Both the position numbers and the translations under genes were made by a program. The notes below the pieces were generated by a model. That model saw nothing but the letters and a program-made list of their open reading frames with translations, was not told the origin of the DNA and did no database searches. Shown in pieces: positions 25,213 to 35,194 of a stretch of DNA of 64,000 nucleotides. The stretch's first letter is position 1; every line of letters starts with the position of its first letter. The stretch comes from a virus: UHGV virus genome UHGV-1370579, one strand, 5' to 3'.

Positions 25213-26075
25213 TGAAAAAAGAATTTAACCTGCACGAAATGTTAGTAGTACCAGACGATGTTAACCTGTTCTTCGTAGGTGATATTCATGGTTGCCATGA
25301 TATGCTGGAAGATGCTCTCAAACTGGCTGATTATAAAGATCGTCGTGATTATGTTATCTGTGTTGGCGATCTAATTGACCGTGGTAAGCAGAACTTACAG
25401 GTTCTAGCGAAGTTTCTTTATAATCCACGCTTCCGCAGCGTTCGTGGTAATCATGATCAGTTCATGATTGGTGGTGATTATGCCAACTGGATGTATAATG
25501 GTGGTAGCTGGGCCATGAATGATATGGATACCGATACTATTAAAGGTATCGCAGCAGATATGGATGAAAAACTTCCAGTATTCCTGACTGTCCTGCACCG
25601 TGGTAAGAAATATGGTGTTGTTCATGGTGGTATCCCTTTCCAGTATAAGGATAATGGGAATGCTGTATGTACACCTAACTGGAATACTATTATTCAAACT
25701 ATCGAAGCAAGCAAATTTGATAAGAATGATCATCCAGCGTACTACATTGAGCCTTATCTGTGGGATCGTGACGTAATTCAGGAAATTGGGTTCAATCTGG
25801 CACGTCAAGGTGCTACAGATGAATATTTCCAGCGTTTTGCTAGCTTTAAGGCAGAATTAGTGATGGAAGTGCCTCCGGTTAATGGCGTGGATTTTGTATT
25901 CCACGGCCATACGGGTGTTCCTTATCCAATTCTGTATCAGAACCGTGTTTACCTCGATACTGGCGGTGTTTTCAACGGCAAGTTGACGGTTGCGCAAGTT
26001 AGTGATGATGCTAACAAAATTATAACATTCACTACAGACCGTGATGATAGCTGTGGTGTACAGAGGATTCTATAA
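25197..26075 (+). CDS. Ser/Thr protein phosphatase (PPP/lambda-phosphatase family)
   Basis: GDIHGC, GDLIDRG, RGNHD metallophosphatase motifs; start may be ATG 25212. Confidence 0.85.
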   Translation: MDDSIMKKEFNLHEMLVVPDDVNLFFVGDIHGCHDMLEDALKLADYKDRRDYVICVGDLIDRGKQNLQVLAKFLYNPRFRSVRGNHDQFMIGGDYANWMYNGGSWAMNDMDTDTIKGIAADMDEKLPVFLTVLHRGKKYGVVHGGIPFQYKDNGNAVCTPNWNTIIQTIEASKFDKNDHPAYYIEPYLWDRDVIQEIGFNLARQGATDEYFQRFASFKAELVMEVPPVNGVDFVFHGHTGVPYPILYQNRVYLDTGGVFNGKLTVAQVSDDANKIITFTTDRDDSCGVQRIL

Positions 26076-26431
26076 TGAAACGTGATTTTGATAGATATGT
26101 ATGTGTAAAGAACTCCCACGCTAAAGAAGCTCTCACCAAAGAAGAGCACAAAGAGCTTTACATACTAGCTATGAAGGTTGCTGCTTGGCGTAAACAAGTA
26201 GGAAAAACCCCATTTGAGTGTGTAGTAGTAGAGCATGATTGGCCTGAGTATGAAGAAGTATGGAAGATGATTGAGAATCGTGTTGAATTTGAACAAGCAC
26301 GACATGAAGAACTTGACAAAGGATACCAAGAGGCGAAAGAGCATCATGAGGTTTATGATGAAATATTCAAACTTCGTGGTATCAGTAGCTACTGTCAAGG
26401 GTGGAACAAATATGCAGAGGAAGTTCTATAA
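26075..26431 (+). CDS. hypothetical protein (118 aa)
   Basis: overlapping start ATGA. Confidence 0.5.
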   Translation: MKRDFDRYVCVKNSHAKEALTKEEHKELYILAMKVAAWRKQVGKTPFECVVVEHDWPEYEEVWKMIENRVEFEQARHEELDKGYQEAKEHHEVYDEIFKLRGISSYCQGWNKYAEEVL

Positions 26432-26602
26432 CGAAAGTTATATTCTGGTTGTATCTAAAATTGATGCTGGAGATTTAGCGATGGGAGTTCATAATGTTTG
26501 ATTTTGATGGAATGGCTCGTGAAGTATTTATTGCGATAGCAATAGTAGTTATTATCTCTTTCTTTATAGGCCTAGGCTTAGGCCTTTTATTTTAAAACTT
26601 CA

Positions 26603-26662
26603 TTTGCTAAAACGCTTAGTTTTCTGTATAATTACTTTATAAATTGATGAGAAGGAAACAAA
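26603..26662 (+). promoter_or_regulatory. T5-type early promoter module
   Basis: tttgct 26603-26608, tataat 26627-26632, leader ataaattgatgagaagg. Confidence 0.5.
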
Positions 26663-27094
26663 ATGAACAAAGTTGATAAAGCTCTAGTTTTCGCAGCAGC
26701 AGATAAGTTTGAACAAGTTAAGGCAACTTTCCGAACCTTGTTCCAGTCTTACGTTCAAGATAAGTCTAATCCTATCTCTGAACGTTTGATGGTCTGGGAA
26801 TGTCATGCTTGCAATGCCCTATTAATTGCGGACTATCGTAGCGATATAGATAAAGATCTGTGCGAAATTCTTATCGCTGAGGAGGCAGAACGTTATCAGT
26901 TAATCTCTTTCCAAGATTTGGCGGAGCATATCATTCCTGATGATCTTTGGGATAAATACTATGGTGATCCTGAAGATGAAGGAATGACTCCAGAAGCCTG
27001 TATTGAGCTGATCTGCAAAAATCATCCTGAAATTGCAGAGAAATTTGAAAAAGTTTTTGCTTCTGAGTTCTCCGGCGTTGTTAACGATTGGTAA
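26663..27094 (+). CDS. hypothetical acidic protein (143 aa)
   Basis: ORF after promoter module. Confidence 0.55.
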   Translation: MNKVDKALVFAAADKFEQVKATFRTLFQSYVQDKSNPISERLMVWECHACNALLIADYRSDIDKDLCEILIAEEAERYQLISFQDLAEHIIPDDLWDKYYGDPEDEGMTPEACIELICKNHPEIAEKFEKVFASEFSGVVNDW

Positions 27095-27111
27095 ATAATT
27101 AAAAAATTCAG

Positions 27112-27172
27112 TTGCTTTAAACCTTAAAATTCTGTATAATAAGTTCATAAATTAATGAGAGAGGAAATTCTA
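27112..27172 (+). promoter_or_regulatory. T5-type early promoter module
   Basis: ttgctt 27112-27117, tataat 27135-27140, leader ataaattaatgagagagg. Confidence 0.5.
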
Positions 27173-27424
27173 ATGGAAAACATGACTAAAACTGAAATGG
27201 CTAACGTTCTGGCAATTCTCCTCGACATGCAGGGTTTTGAGGGTCAGCTCATGAAGATGTCTATTCCGGCAATGAAAAAGATGTATGATTCTCTGAATAA
27301 GAATGCTATGGCATTCAACCTCGCTAAACAGGAAGCACGTTTTGCGAAAGAACATCAGGCAACTGCCGAACGTCGTGCAGCATCTTTTGAGCGTGAAGTT
27401 AAGCAACTGAAAGGTAAGAAATAA
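27173..27424 (+). CDS. hypothetical protein (about 83 aa)
   Basis: ATG 27173 after leader (the 27155 ATG lies inside the conserved leader motif). Confidence 0.5.
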   Translation: MENMTKTEMANVLAILLDMQGFEGQLMKMSIPAMKKMYDSLNKNAMAFNLAKQEARFAKEHQATAERRAASFEREVKQLKGKK

Positions 27425-27587
27425 TGGAAAGGGTATCAATTTCAATACTGTCATTCCTTATAGGAATACTAATATATAATATAGTTGCTCTTAACGTACA
27501 CTTAACTGAGGTAGACAAATCTCTCCATGAGTTAAATGTAGAAATGTGTAAATTAGTCCCGGATAACGAAAAATGTAGGGGTATTTA

Positions 27588-27869
27588 ATGTTAATTGAAA
27601 TTCTCATTGGACTACTAGTTCTTATGACACTAGCAGCGATTGGTGGGATTATTGGTATTGTAAGCATGCGAAAAAATATAGAGAGTATGCTTACCACTAA
27701 TAGTGGACTTCACTGCCGCTTAATAGAACAAGAACAAGATATTGAACTAGCACAAAGACGCTCAGATATTCTAAAAGAAAAACTAAACAATATTGAAGCA
27801 ATAGCTGGGAATACAAAATTACCTAATAAAGTAATGCGTGCACAGATAATTACGGAGATTAAAAAATGA
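27588..27869 (+). CDS. hypothetical membrane protein (93 aa)
   Basis: N-terminal TM segment. Confidence 0.45.
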   Translation: MLIEILIGLLVLMTLAAIGGIIGIVSMRKNIESMLTTNSGLHCRLIEQEQDIELAQRRSDILKEKLNNIEAIAGNTKLPNKVMRAQIITEIKK

Positions 27870-28111
27870 TGATGTTTATTCTCGCATTTTATTTGATTGT
27901 GGTTGGTGTACTAGTCACTAAGTACCACACATGGATGCCAAAGAATGTTGTTAAGGTAGCTTTATTTGTTATTCCAGTTCCACTTATTATCTTTTCTATG
28001 TTACTGGTGATGTTAGTTGGTAAAGTAACAAAAACCGATATTAAACGAATTGCGGATGAATTGCAACAGTCTTGTGATATGGTAGAGGACATTCTTAAAG
28101 ATGAAGCTTAA
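27866..28111 (+). CDS. hypothetical membrane protein (81 aa)
   Basis: two TM segments; overlapping start. Confidence 0.45.
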   Translation: MMMFILAFYLIVVGVLVTKYHTWMPKNVVKVALFVIPVPLIIFSMLLVMLVGKVTKTDIKRIADELQQSCDMVEDILKDEA

Positions 28112-28427
28112 TTTTAATGAATTAAATACCTTACATGAGATATTACAGTTTGTGAATAATAATATTAGTATTCCAGATGATACACTAGAAGTTCTCATGT
28201 TAATCGAGAAAAAGGTAGGGGTTGAAATTGAGGATTCTTGGAAACCACTTTCTGTATTAACACCTCTTAATATGAAAGTGATTGTTAAAAATATTGAAAC
28301 TGGTGAAGAGTGTGAAATGACTCGTAAAGAATTAGCTAACAGCTATTCACCAGAGTCTGTAGTAATGCACCACAGTGATACCTCTACGGTTCTACAGACA
28401 GCTAATTATGTATGGCGTCTCCCATGA
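28101..28427 (+). CDS. hypothetical protein (108 aa)
   Basis: tiled ORF. Confidence 0.45.
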   Translation: MKLNFNELNTLHEILQFVNNNISIPDDTLEVLMLIEKKVGVEIEDSWKPLSVLTPLNMKVIVKNIETGEECEMTRKELANSYSPESVVMHHSDTSTVLQTANYVWRLP

Positions 28428-28526
28428 TTGATTTAGTACCGATTACTGCGGGGCTAATAGCACTATTAGTGCTCGCAGTTTTCATTATTGTGGAGCAGGC
28501 CAAAGTAATAAGGAGACTTAAAAACA

Positions 28527-28727
28527 ATGATAAAACGTCTTGTTTATCAGGCACCAAAGATTGTAACTGAGTATTTTGTATTACTTCCTCAGATTGTATT
28601 TCTAACAGCATTATTTAATATACTTTTTCGACATCTAGGAATAACGGAAAATATATTCTACACTTCTGGGTTACTTCCTTTTATGTACGAAGGCATCATT
28701 ATGGCAATTAACGGGGTTCGTAAATGA
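28527..28727 (+). CDS. hypothetical membrane protein (66 aa)
   Basis: tiled ORF. Confidence 0.4.
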   Translation: MIKRLVYQAPKIVTEYFVLLPQIVFLTALFNILFRHLGITENIFYTSGLLPFMYEGIIMAINGVRK

Positions 28728-29185
28728 CAGCACTACAACAACTACAGAATTATTGGTTTGATAACCAATTTAACGATCTCTTCATCCAGTTATTTGTCGA
28801 AACGAATGGACGCTTCAATTACCGATTCTTTAATAAGTTTCATGAAACAAAGTTCTCACATACAGAAATTAATGCAGCGATTCAAGACTTAACAGGTTCT
28901 AAAGTAATTCAATATCGCGAAGTAGACTTTACACCAGATTGTTTTGGATTTGAATTGTTTAAGAAAGCGTATAAATTTGGTAAGTTTGAAGATGCTCGTC
29001 AATGGGTTCACGATTTTTGGTATAACACCGATATTGTTCCTAGTCGCGTGCTGATTCTTAACTGGATTGCTAAGCAACATCCACCTAAAACGCAATCATC
29101 CTTCTTACCCACAGATACAGGAAACCTCTACCATGACAGAAAAGAAAAATCCATTATTGGAGCAGATGAAGGAGTGGGAGAGTAA
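28724..29185 (+). CDS. hypothetical protein (153 aa)
   Basis: overlapping start ATGA. Confidence 0.5.
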   Translation: MTALQQLQNYWFDNQFNDLFIQLFVETNGRFNYRFFNKFHETKFSHTEINAAIQDLTGSKVIQYREVDFTPDCFGFELFKKAYKFGKFEDARQWVHDFWYNTDIVPSRVLILNWIAKQHPPKTQSSFLPTDTGNLYHDRKEKSIIGADEGVGE

Positions 29186-29504
29186 TATTGAAACTGGTCT
29201 AATAGACGGTGAAGATATTGTTAACTCCATGCTAGAAGTAACAGTAGATAATATTAATCCTATTTTGGCTGGAGAAACCTCAGATCTTATAGGACTCTCT
29301 AGCACATTTGATTCTTTGGCTAAATTAGCTTTAGACGATGAAGAGATAACCAAAGAAGATCTCGCTACAGCTATGAATATGGCTATTAATGCTTACATCA
29401 GTAAACGTACTGATGAACTTGGTAAACAGATCAATAAGCGTGATACTACGCTAGGTCTTATGGAAATGGCCACTATGTTAAGAAGTGGTAAACAACTTCA
29501 TTAA
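29133..29504 (+). CDS. hypothetical acidic protein (about 123 aa)
   Basis: ATG with aggaaacctctaccATG; overlaps previous gene end. Confidence 0.45.
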   Translation: MTEKKNPLLEQMKEWESNIETGLIDGEDIVNSMLEVTVDNINPILAGETSDLIGLSSTFDSLAKLALDDEEITKEDLATAMNMAINAYISKRTDELGKQINKRDTTLGLMEMATMLRSGKQLH

Positions 29505-29510
29505 TTTTAG

Positions 29511-29542
29511 GAGGCCAGGACTTAATTGTTCTGGCCTTTTAT
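29511..29542 (+). terminator. rho-independent terminator
   Basis: ggccag...ctggcctttt. Confidence 0.7.
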
Positions 29543-29560
29543 GTTTTCAAGGAACTTCAA

Positions 29561-29764
29561 ATGCAAGTATATGTCCTTACTAGAGATATAAATGAATATA
29601 ATCAGGATGGTGAGTATTTTGTAAAAGTATTCGCTGAAAAGCCAAGTAAACAACAATTATTAGATGCTGGAGTACCGGAAGACCAGGCTAAGTGTTTACT
29701 ACAAGATAAAGAGTTTACTGGGGATGCTTACGAATGTTTCCACCTTAGTTGTGAGAGTATCTAA
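29561..29764 (+). CDS. hypothetical protein (67 aa)
   Basis: ORF after terminator. Confidence 0.45.
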   Translation: MQVYVLTRDINEYNQDGEYFVKVFAEKPSKQQLLDAGVPEDQAKCLLQDKEFTGDAYECFHLSCESI

Positions 29765-29765
29765 T

Positions 29766-30212
29766 ATGAGAGAGAAAGTAAATGAACTATTAATCGAGGA
29801 AGCTAACAACTTTCCAATAAATAGGTTCATCAAATCGGATGGATCTATTAATAGAACTAAGATTAAGCAACTACACCCCGACTTTCAACAAGAAGCCTTA
29901 AACCTTATATTTATCAAGAAAGCTATTGCAGCTCATGGAGCTTTCTTCGGGTATGAGCGTGTAAATTATAAAACAATGCAGCAGCAAGTCGAGATCTATT
30001 GTCCAGACCACGATGGTTATTACTGGCAAACTGCTAGATCTCATTTAGAAGGGCATGGTTGTCGACTGTGTGCACACAAGGTTGTGCAGCGTGTCACGGA
30101 TTATGGAACTTATACCGTACCAGCATGTTACCATAAATTTGTAATTGACGATAATCATATAGTTTGGTATAATAAGTTTTCAAAGCTAAGAATGGAGATA
30201 AGTAGTGAGTAG
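29766..30212 (+). CDS. hypothetical protein with C-terminal zinc-ribbon-like motif (CxxH...HxxGxGCxxC)
   Basis: VEIYCPDHDGYYWQTARSHLEGHGCRLC resembles N-terminal Zn modules of freestanding phage nucleases; cf. fragment at 49937. Confidence 0.4.
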   Translation: MREKVNELLIEEANNFPINRFIKSDGSINRTKIKQLHPDFQQEALNLIFIKKAIAAHGAFFGYERVNYKTMQQQVEIYCPDHDGYYWQTARSHLEGHGCRLCAHKVVQRVTDYGTYTVPACYHKFVIDDNHIVWYNKFSKLRMEISSE

Positions 30213-30495
30213 CTATATTGTATGGTCAAACCCACTAGCAGCACTTAGCAACAGACTGTTTAAAACAGAGTGGGGTAAAAACGAAATAGACTTAGGTAGT
30301 CGTCCAATACCAAACAAACATCCCTTAGTTCCAGAGCTGTATATGGTAGTGATAAATGGCGCGGAGTATTTGGTTGATAAATTTGACAGAAAACGTTTAC
30401 TAGAGGGTATCTACGATAATTCTACATCAATAAATGAATTAGTAGAACATGCCCAAATATATGATAAAAGCTGGATGTTAATATGGAGATCATAG
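30205..30495 (+). CDS. hypothetical protein (96 aa)
   Basis: tiled ORF. Confidence 0.45.
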   Translation: MSSYIVWSNPLAALSNRLFKTEWGKNEIDLGSRPIPNKHPLVPELYMVVINGAEYLVDKFDRKRLLEGIYDNSTSINELVEHAQIYDKSWMLIWRS

Positions 30496-30716
30496 TAATT
30501 ATTTTAGCAGTTATGTTATTTATTGCAACATTTGTATCATTTGCTATTATACGCAGAGCTAGAGAACTAGCGGAAGATATAACAAAATTACGTGGTGAGT
30601 TAGCTGCTCTTAAATTACAGCGTGAGGCTTTAAAGTTGTTTGTAGCTCAAGGTAGCCTAGAACATACAACAGAAGACTTCATCACGTATCTCAAACGTTA
30701 CATGGGAATTAAATAA
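30483..30716 (+). CDS. hypothetical membrane/coiled-coil protein (77 aa)
   Basis: N-terminal TM segment. Confidence 0.4.
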   Translation: MEIIVIILAVMLFIATFVSFAIIRRARELAEDITKLRGELAALKLQREALKLFVAQGSLEHTTEDFITYLKRYMGIK

Positions 30717-30901
30717 TGGAAACTCTTTTTCTTTTAATGCTTGTAGGTTCCCTGCTAGTTATACTAGCACTTCTACTAATCTGTAATATTCTTAATAATA
30801 AGAATTTAGAGTTAAAGTGTGAAAACCAAATTCTTAATCGTGAACTTAAACAATATAATCTAGCAGCGAATAAGCTGTTAGACAAACTGGAGAATAAATA
30901 A
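30716..30901 (+). CDS. hypothetical membrane protein (61 aa)
   Basis: N-terminal TM segment. Confidence 0.4.
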   Translation: METLFLLMLVGSLLVILALLLICNILNNKNLELKCENQILNRELKQYNLAANKLLDKLENK

Positions 30902-31455
30902 TGACTTTATATGCACAACAATCTATTCAAGTAGTACCAGATCATGAACTGAATACGTGGGATTATAGCTTTAAAGATTTAACTGCCACTGTACAATTCA
31001 AATCTATGAAGCTAACCTTTGCACACACTAGTATTAAAGCATGTAAAGATTTTGAAGGTAGGCTCAACAACGCTCGTAAGATTTTTGGCAAGGCTCGCAT
31101 TCCAGCTGACAACCTTATTAATGCATTAATAGATGCTGGTTATAAACTCGTGAAGACTGAGGTTAACCGTCCTAGTACTCCTGTGACTATTCGAGATCCG
31201 TGGCAGTCAGGGCCAATTACAATGTGGAACAGTCCTAAAATAACGTCGGATTTGCACAATGTTCCATGTGGTGGCGTTATAGAAAATAATTCCTCATATC
31301 GAGTTGGTGAAGATTATGGGCCTTCTGTACAGTTGAAACATACTCAAGAAGCTTTTGAATCTGATATGAAAAGCGTAGCACCGGGGGACTCTGGAGTTTT
31401 TAATAAGTCTGTTTATACTATTCCTATGAACAATCCTGTAAGAGTGGAAGTCTAG
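30901..31455 (+). CDS. hypothetical protein (184 aa)
   Basis: tiled ORF. Confidence 0.5.
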   Translation: MTLYAQQSIQVVPDHELNTWDYSFKDLTATVQFKSMKLTFAHTSIKACKDFEGRLNNARKIFGKARIPADNLINALIDAGYKLVKTEVNRPSTPVTIRDPWQSGPITMWNSPKITSDLHNVPCGGVIENNSSYRVGEDYGPSVQLKHTQEAFESDMKSVAPGDSGVFNKSVYTIPMNNPVRVEV

Positions 31456-31590
31456 AAGATGCAATTATGGAAGCATTGGGAGATGCTCTTAATGAGAGTA
31501 AAAAGGATTAATAATTCCTAATACACGAGCCTCTACGGAGGCTCTAAAATAAAAAGAGGGTCATCCAGACCTTAAAAATGGGAGATAATA

Positions 31591-32484
31591 ATGTATAACT
31601 TTAAAGATAAACTAAGACAAAATGCTGGCAAAGGAAAGGCAAAGGAGAATAATAGTGTTCCTAATGCTAAAGTACTTCCGTTTCCTGAACTATCTCAAGA
31701 AGAAAAAGATAAGTTAGCATTTATGTTTGATGCCCTTCTAGGGCTAAATGGACGTTTATATTCCTCACTCAATATTAATGAGAAACGTCTAGTAGAGATG
31801 TTCTGTAAGCGTTATCAAGTTACTTCAAAGGGCAATTCCTACAAAGAAGGTGAAAAAGCATTCACAGTCTTAAAAATCAGTGCATATGCACATCGTTTCT
31901 TAGTTTATGGATTACAGATGGAATACTTCACCATTCCACCCTTTAAGTCATTTCACATTTTTGAAGATGAACGAATGAATATTGATGATCTCTATGGAGA
32001 TACGTACAAATATTCAGGAAGCCCATTCCACGATGCATTAAGGAGCTATCCAACTAACTATTTACCAGTTAGAGCATCTCAAGGTAAAGCTAGCATCTTT
32101 GCTGTATACTCAGGATCTAAAGCATCTGATCTAGAAACTTATATATTTAAAGAGCGTAAATCTGTACTTCCAGATGAAGCATTATATAATAATCCATTGC
32201 TTCCAGAAAAAGAACCAGAGAAAATTGATGTAACCCCACCAACCCCACCAATCCCATCTGATTCTCCGTACCTGAAGTTTGAAAACCATGTTGGATGGGT
32301 TCTAGAAATGGGTGTAGCTTCACCGCTTGCTGCAGCATTCATCAATAGGTATCTAGAAATTCCTGACGAGTTCCACACACGTTATAATACGAATATTCAG
32401 ATTACAGATGAATTAATAGCCATTGCAAAAGGTACACCTACTGACACTGAGGCGTACCAAAAAGCATACCAAGAGTTACTGTAA
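31591..32484 (+). CDS. hypothetical protein (297 aa), last gene of the AT-rich early block
   Basis: ORF with gggagataataATG; followed by hairpin 32495-32523. Confidence 0.55.
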   Translation: MYNFKDKLRQNAGKGKAKENNSVPNAKVLPFPELSQEEKDKLAFMFDALLGLNGRLYSSLNINEKRLVEMFCKRYQVTSKGNSYKEGEKAFTVLKISAYAHRFLVYGLQMEYFTIPPFKSFHIFEDERMNIDDLYGDTYKYSGSPFHDALRSYPTNYLPVRASQGKASIFAVYSGSKASDLETYIFKERKSVLPDEALYNNPLLPEKEPEKIDVTPPTPPIPSDSPYLKFENHVGWVLEMGVASPLAAAFINRYLEIPDEFHTRYNTNIQITDELIAIAKGTPTDTEAYQKAYQELL

Positions 32485-32916
32485 GATCCTGCATGTCTCG
32501 GTGCACAATACCTGTACCGAGACTCAAATACAAACTCTCGTTGACAGATAGCTAAATGTATGTTATCATAACTCTATGAGTTAATAGAATTAACCATTTA
32601 GAGTTGCCACACAGAAGGTGTGGTGGTTCAGTAATTTAAAATTACTAACTTGTAGCGGAGGATACGGAGCGACAGGACAAGTTAATAAGTAATTTAATAT
32701 AAATTGCTAGAAACATCACGAGACCTTCTGGCGGGGGCAAAGCTCTATATGAGAACCCTGGGGGATCTTATATTTAAAATAAAAGTAAAACTTTTGACCA
32801 CATAATTTACATTCAAGATGATACACCTGTTGCCGCTCATCTGCTAGGATGGCACAACACTTTCTTCTAGACTCCTAAGTTTCTATGAAAACTCTAGTCA
32901 ACTCAGGCGGTTTTCA

Positions 32917-32977
32917 TATTCCTAGAAACTCTAGCAATAGGCGGTTAATATAGGGCGGTTATAGGGAGGGCGGTTAT
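32917..32977 (+). repeat. 4 direct copies of GGCGGTT(A/T)
   Basis: copies at about 32917, 32940, 32955 and 32969. Confidence 0.7.
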
Positions 32978-33019
32978 TTCTAGGAGACATTTTTTGAAAA
33001 CACATTTCCAGAAATTACT

Positions 33020-33620
33020 GTCGGATTTGCACACTGACAGGAGTTTAAAAACTGGTCGGATTTGCACAAACGCCTAAGTTTTTAGGAACTCTTCCTCTCC
33101 TGAAAATAGCAGCATTATTTCGGGCCGAAGGCCCGTGATTGCCTGAGTTTTTAGAGCCACAAGAATTTTCACTTGTCAAGCTATTTTGCCCCATTTTGCT
33201 AATAAAATTTTACTTTTTCTGCACCTATCTCAAATTTCCCCAAATTATCTCAACTCTTCCCCAAAATCCCCGCAAATCAGGTGCTCCGCACCAATCCTGC
33301 GCCCACATCCTTCTAACCCCAAAATTTCTCTCGCTCTCTCATCTTCTCCTCAAACCTATACAATCACACACCCTCCAATCGAAGTCACAAAAATCTTGTC
33401 GGATTCGCACAAATAAACCCATGTCGGATTTGCACATATTCTAGCTAATTCCACAGGATTGATGCGCAGCATCGGATTGCTGGAGTTTTTAGGAAAATTC
33501 GTTGTCGGATTTGCACACTATAAAAATTTTTCGGGTCGGATTTGCACACTACCAAAAATTGTCGGATTCGCACATACATGCCCACGCGTAACCCATGGGG
33601 GCAAATGTCGGATTTGCACA
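33020..33620 (+). repeat. 8 direct copies of 14-mer GTCGGATT(T/C)GCACA (candidate iterons/protein-binding array)
   Basis: copies at about 33020, 33055, 33398, 33423, 33504, 33535, 33561 and 33607, all same orientation, irregular spacing. Confidence 0.8.
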
Positions 33621-33639
33621 AAAGCGCAGGGCAATTGCC

Positions 33640-33845
33640 CTGCTCGCCTGAATGCGAATGATAATGAGAATCAATCTCATTTAAAAAGTGAAATGCGAAT
33701 GATAATGATTTGCATTTAAGAAAGGGAATGAGAACTATTCAAGAAGTGAAATGAAAATTATTCAGGAAGTGAAACGATTCTCATTTAGAAAGTGGAACGC
33801 AAATGATAATGATTCGCATTTAAGAAGGGAAGTGAGAAACACTGT
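33640..33845 (+). repeat. AT-rich iteron block (AAGTGAAA x5; aatgcgaatgataatga x2 and variants)
   Basis: repeated gaagtgaaatg / gaatgcgaatgataatga units. Confidence 0.65.
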
Positions 33846-33846
33846 T

Positions 33847-33962
33847 ATTTAAGTTATCCACAGACTTATTAACAGCACGATTTGACTTGACAGAATCCTA
33901 GCCATTTTGAAGCGTTATCCACAGACTTATCCCCAGGTTATTCTACTGTATAAATATACAGT
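33847..33962 (+). repeat. left terminal inverted repeat of 4-kb cassette: 23-bp tip with DnaA box (TTATCCACA), second DnaA-box 17-mer, and near-palindrome actgtataaatatacagt
   Basis: the perfect 23-mer at 33847-33869 is the reverse complement of the 23-mer at 37851-37873; a 17-bp direct repeat of the DnaA-box motif recurs at 33914-33930; palindrome at 33945-33962. Confidence 0.8.
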
Positions 33963-34104
33963 ATTCCTATGTAGTGAATAATTCTAATATACGCCTAAAA
34001 CGTCCTGAATCGCATTCTAACGCGTTTAATTTTGGCGGGGATACTAAAACAAATGGGTATTTATCTGGGGGCGTGAAAAACGGGGATCTGCTCCCCGCTT
34101 GTTG

Positions 34105-34299
34105 TCAGTCCGGTAATTGATGCGTGATCTTCTCCTCCTCCCCGTAGGAATCGACCAAATGCTGATAATAACCATCGTGATCATAAATAACGCTATCATA
34201 TTCGCCCCGCTCGACCGCTTGCCGGTTTTCCGGCGTATCGGGCACGTAAAAAACATCAACCATCGTAGTAGTTTTGGTCACAACAATTTTATTGCTCAT
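34105..34299 (-). CDS. hypothetical acidic protein (64 aa)
   Basis: minus-strand ORF; internal ATG with aggag SD chosen as start. Confidence 0.45.
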   Translation of the reverse strand: MSNKIVVTKTTTMVDVFYVPDTPENRQAVERGEYDSVIYDHDGYYQHLVDSYGEEEKITHQLPD

Positions 34300-34529
34300 A
34301 ATAACTCCTAGTAAATATATTTTTGCCAATAGCGGCGAACGTTATCGCCACCAGCGGAATCATTTGTAGCCTCAACATTACCAACGAAAATATATAGTTT
34401 CATAGTGCCATCGCTCCTAGAATGAGAATGATTATTATTACCATTACAAGCCCGTTACTAAATCGTAAACGCTGGGAAACATTCCCAGCGGTATTATTAG
34501 ATTTATGGGATTGCGTTTTACGCCACCAG

Positions 34530-34730
34530 CTATTCACGGTAGACACGCCAGCCGTCTAGCTTCCATTCTTCCCCCTTGCGAATATTGAAAAACCAATCAT
34601 TAAAATTGTAACCATCTTCTGACATGATCACGCCGTTTTCTTTCATGTACAAAAATTCATCGCTAGTAAAATATTGATTACTAACTTTAAAACCTTGTTT
34701 CATTTTTTCTAGTGCTTCATCTTTAGTCAT
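34530..34730 (-). CDS. hypothetical protein (66 aa)
   Basis: minus-strand ORF, overlaps start of downstream gene by 4 nt. Confidence 0.45.
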   Translation of the reverse strand: MTKDEALEKMKQGFKVSNQYFTSDEFLYMKENGVIMSEDGYNFNDWFFNIRKGEEWKLDGWRVYRE

Positions 34731-35071
34731 TGCGCCACCTTTCGAAACGCTGTTTCAATACTTTCAGCGGTTGATTGAATATACGCGCCTTTCATGATCA
34801 GGCGCTCAGTGCATACCTTGCGGAAAATATTAATAAAATCATCTTCATTTTCTGCAATTAATGCCTCACCCATGACCTGAATATCACACGATGCAAAGGT
34901 CAAAAATTGAAACGCTAGTTCACGGGCAACGACCGCATTAATTTTATAATGCGCCTTGCCTTCATAGATATTAATTACGCCTATATAAACTGGTGAAAGC
35001 TGGTTTAAATAGTTTGCTAATAATGCCGGTCGGCAAATAGCAACAAAACGATTGCCCTCATAAATTACCAT
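34727..35071 (-). CDS. hypothetical protein (114 aa)
   Basis: minus-strand ORF in GC-richer cassette. Confidence 0.5.
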   Translation of the reverse strand: MVIYEGNRFVAICRPALLANYLNQLSPVYIGVINIYEGKAHYKINAVVARELAFQFLTFASCDIQVMGEALIAENEDDFINIFRKVCTERLIMKGAYIQSTAESIETAFRKVAQ

Positions 35072-35194
35072 TTGACAGCCTCCCGATCAGGTATCCAGAT
35101 AAAAGCATAAAAATCCCCAGTAAAAGGGGATCATTTTTAAATAAGGTGGCGGTAAAACCGCCAACCATTGCAAGGCTAATAATGATAACGCTTT

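Noticed and set aside
33020-33620. CRISPR array
   Set aside because: The repeat is only 14 bp, spacing is highly irregular (about 25-340 bp), there are no cas genes, and all copies sit in an A+T-poor regulatory region with other iteron families.
33139-33719. Plus-strand ORFs 33139-33444, 33186-33416 and 33459-33719
   Set aside because: They lie wholly within the repeat arrays, have no SD and low-complexity translations. They are artefacts of repeated sequence.
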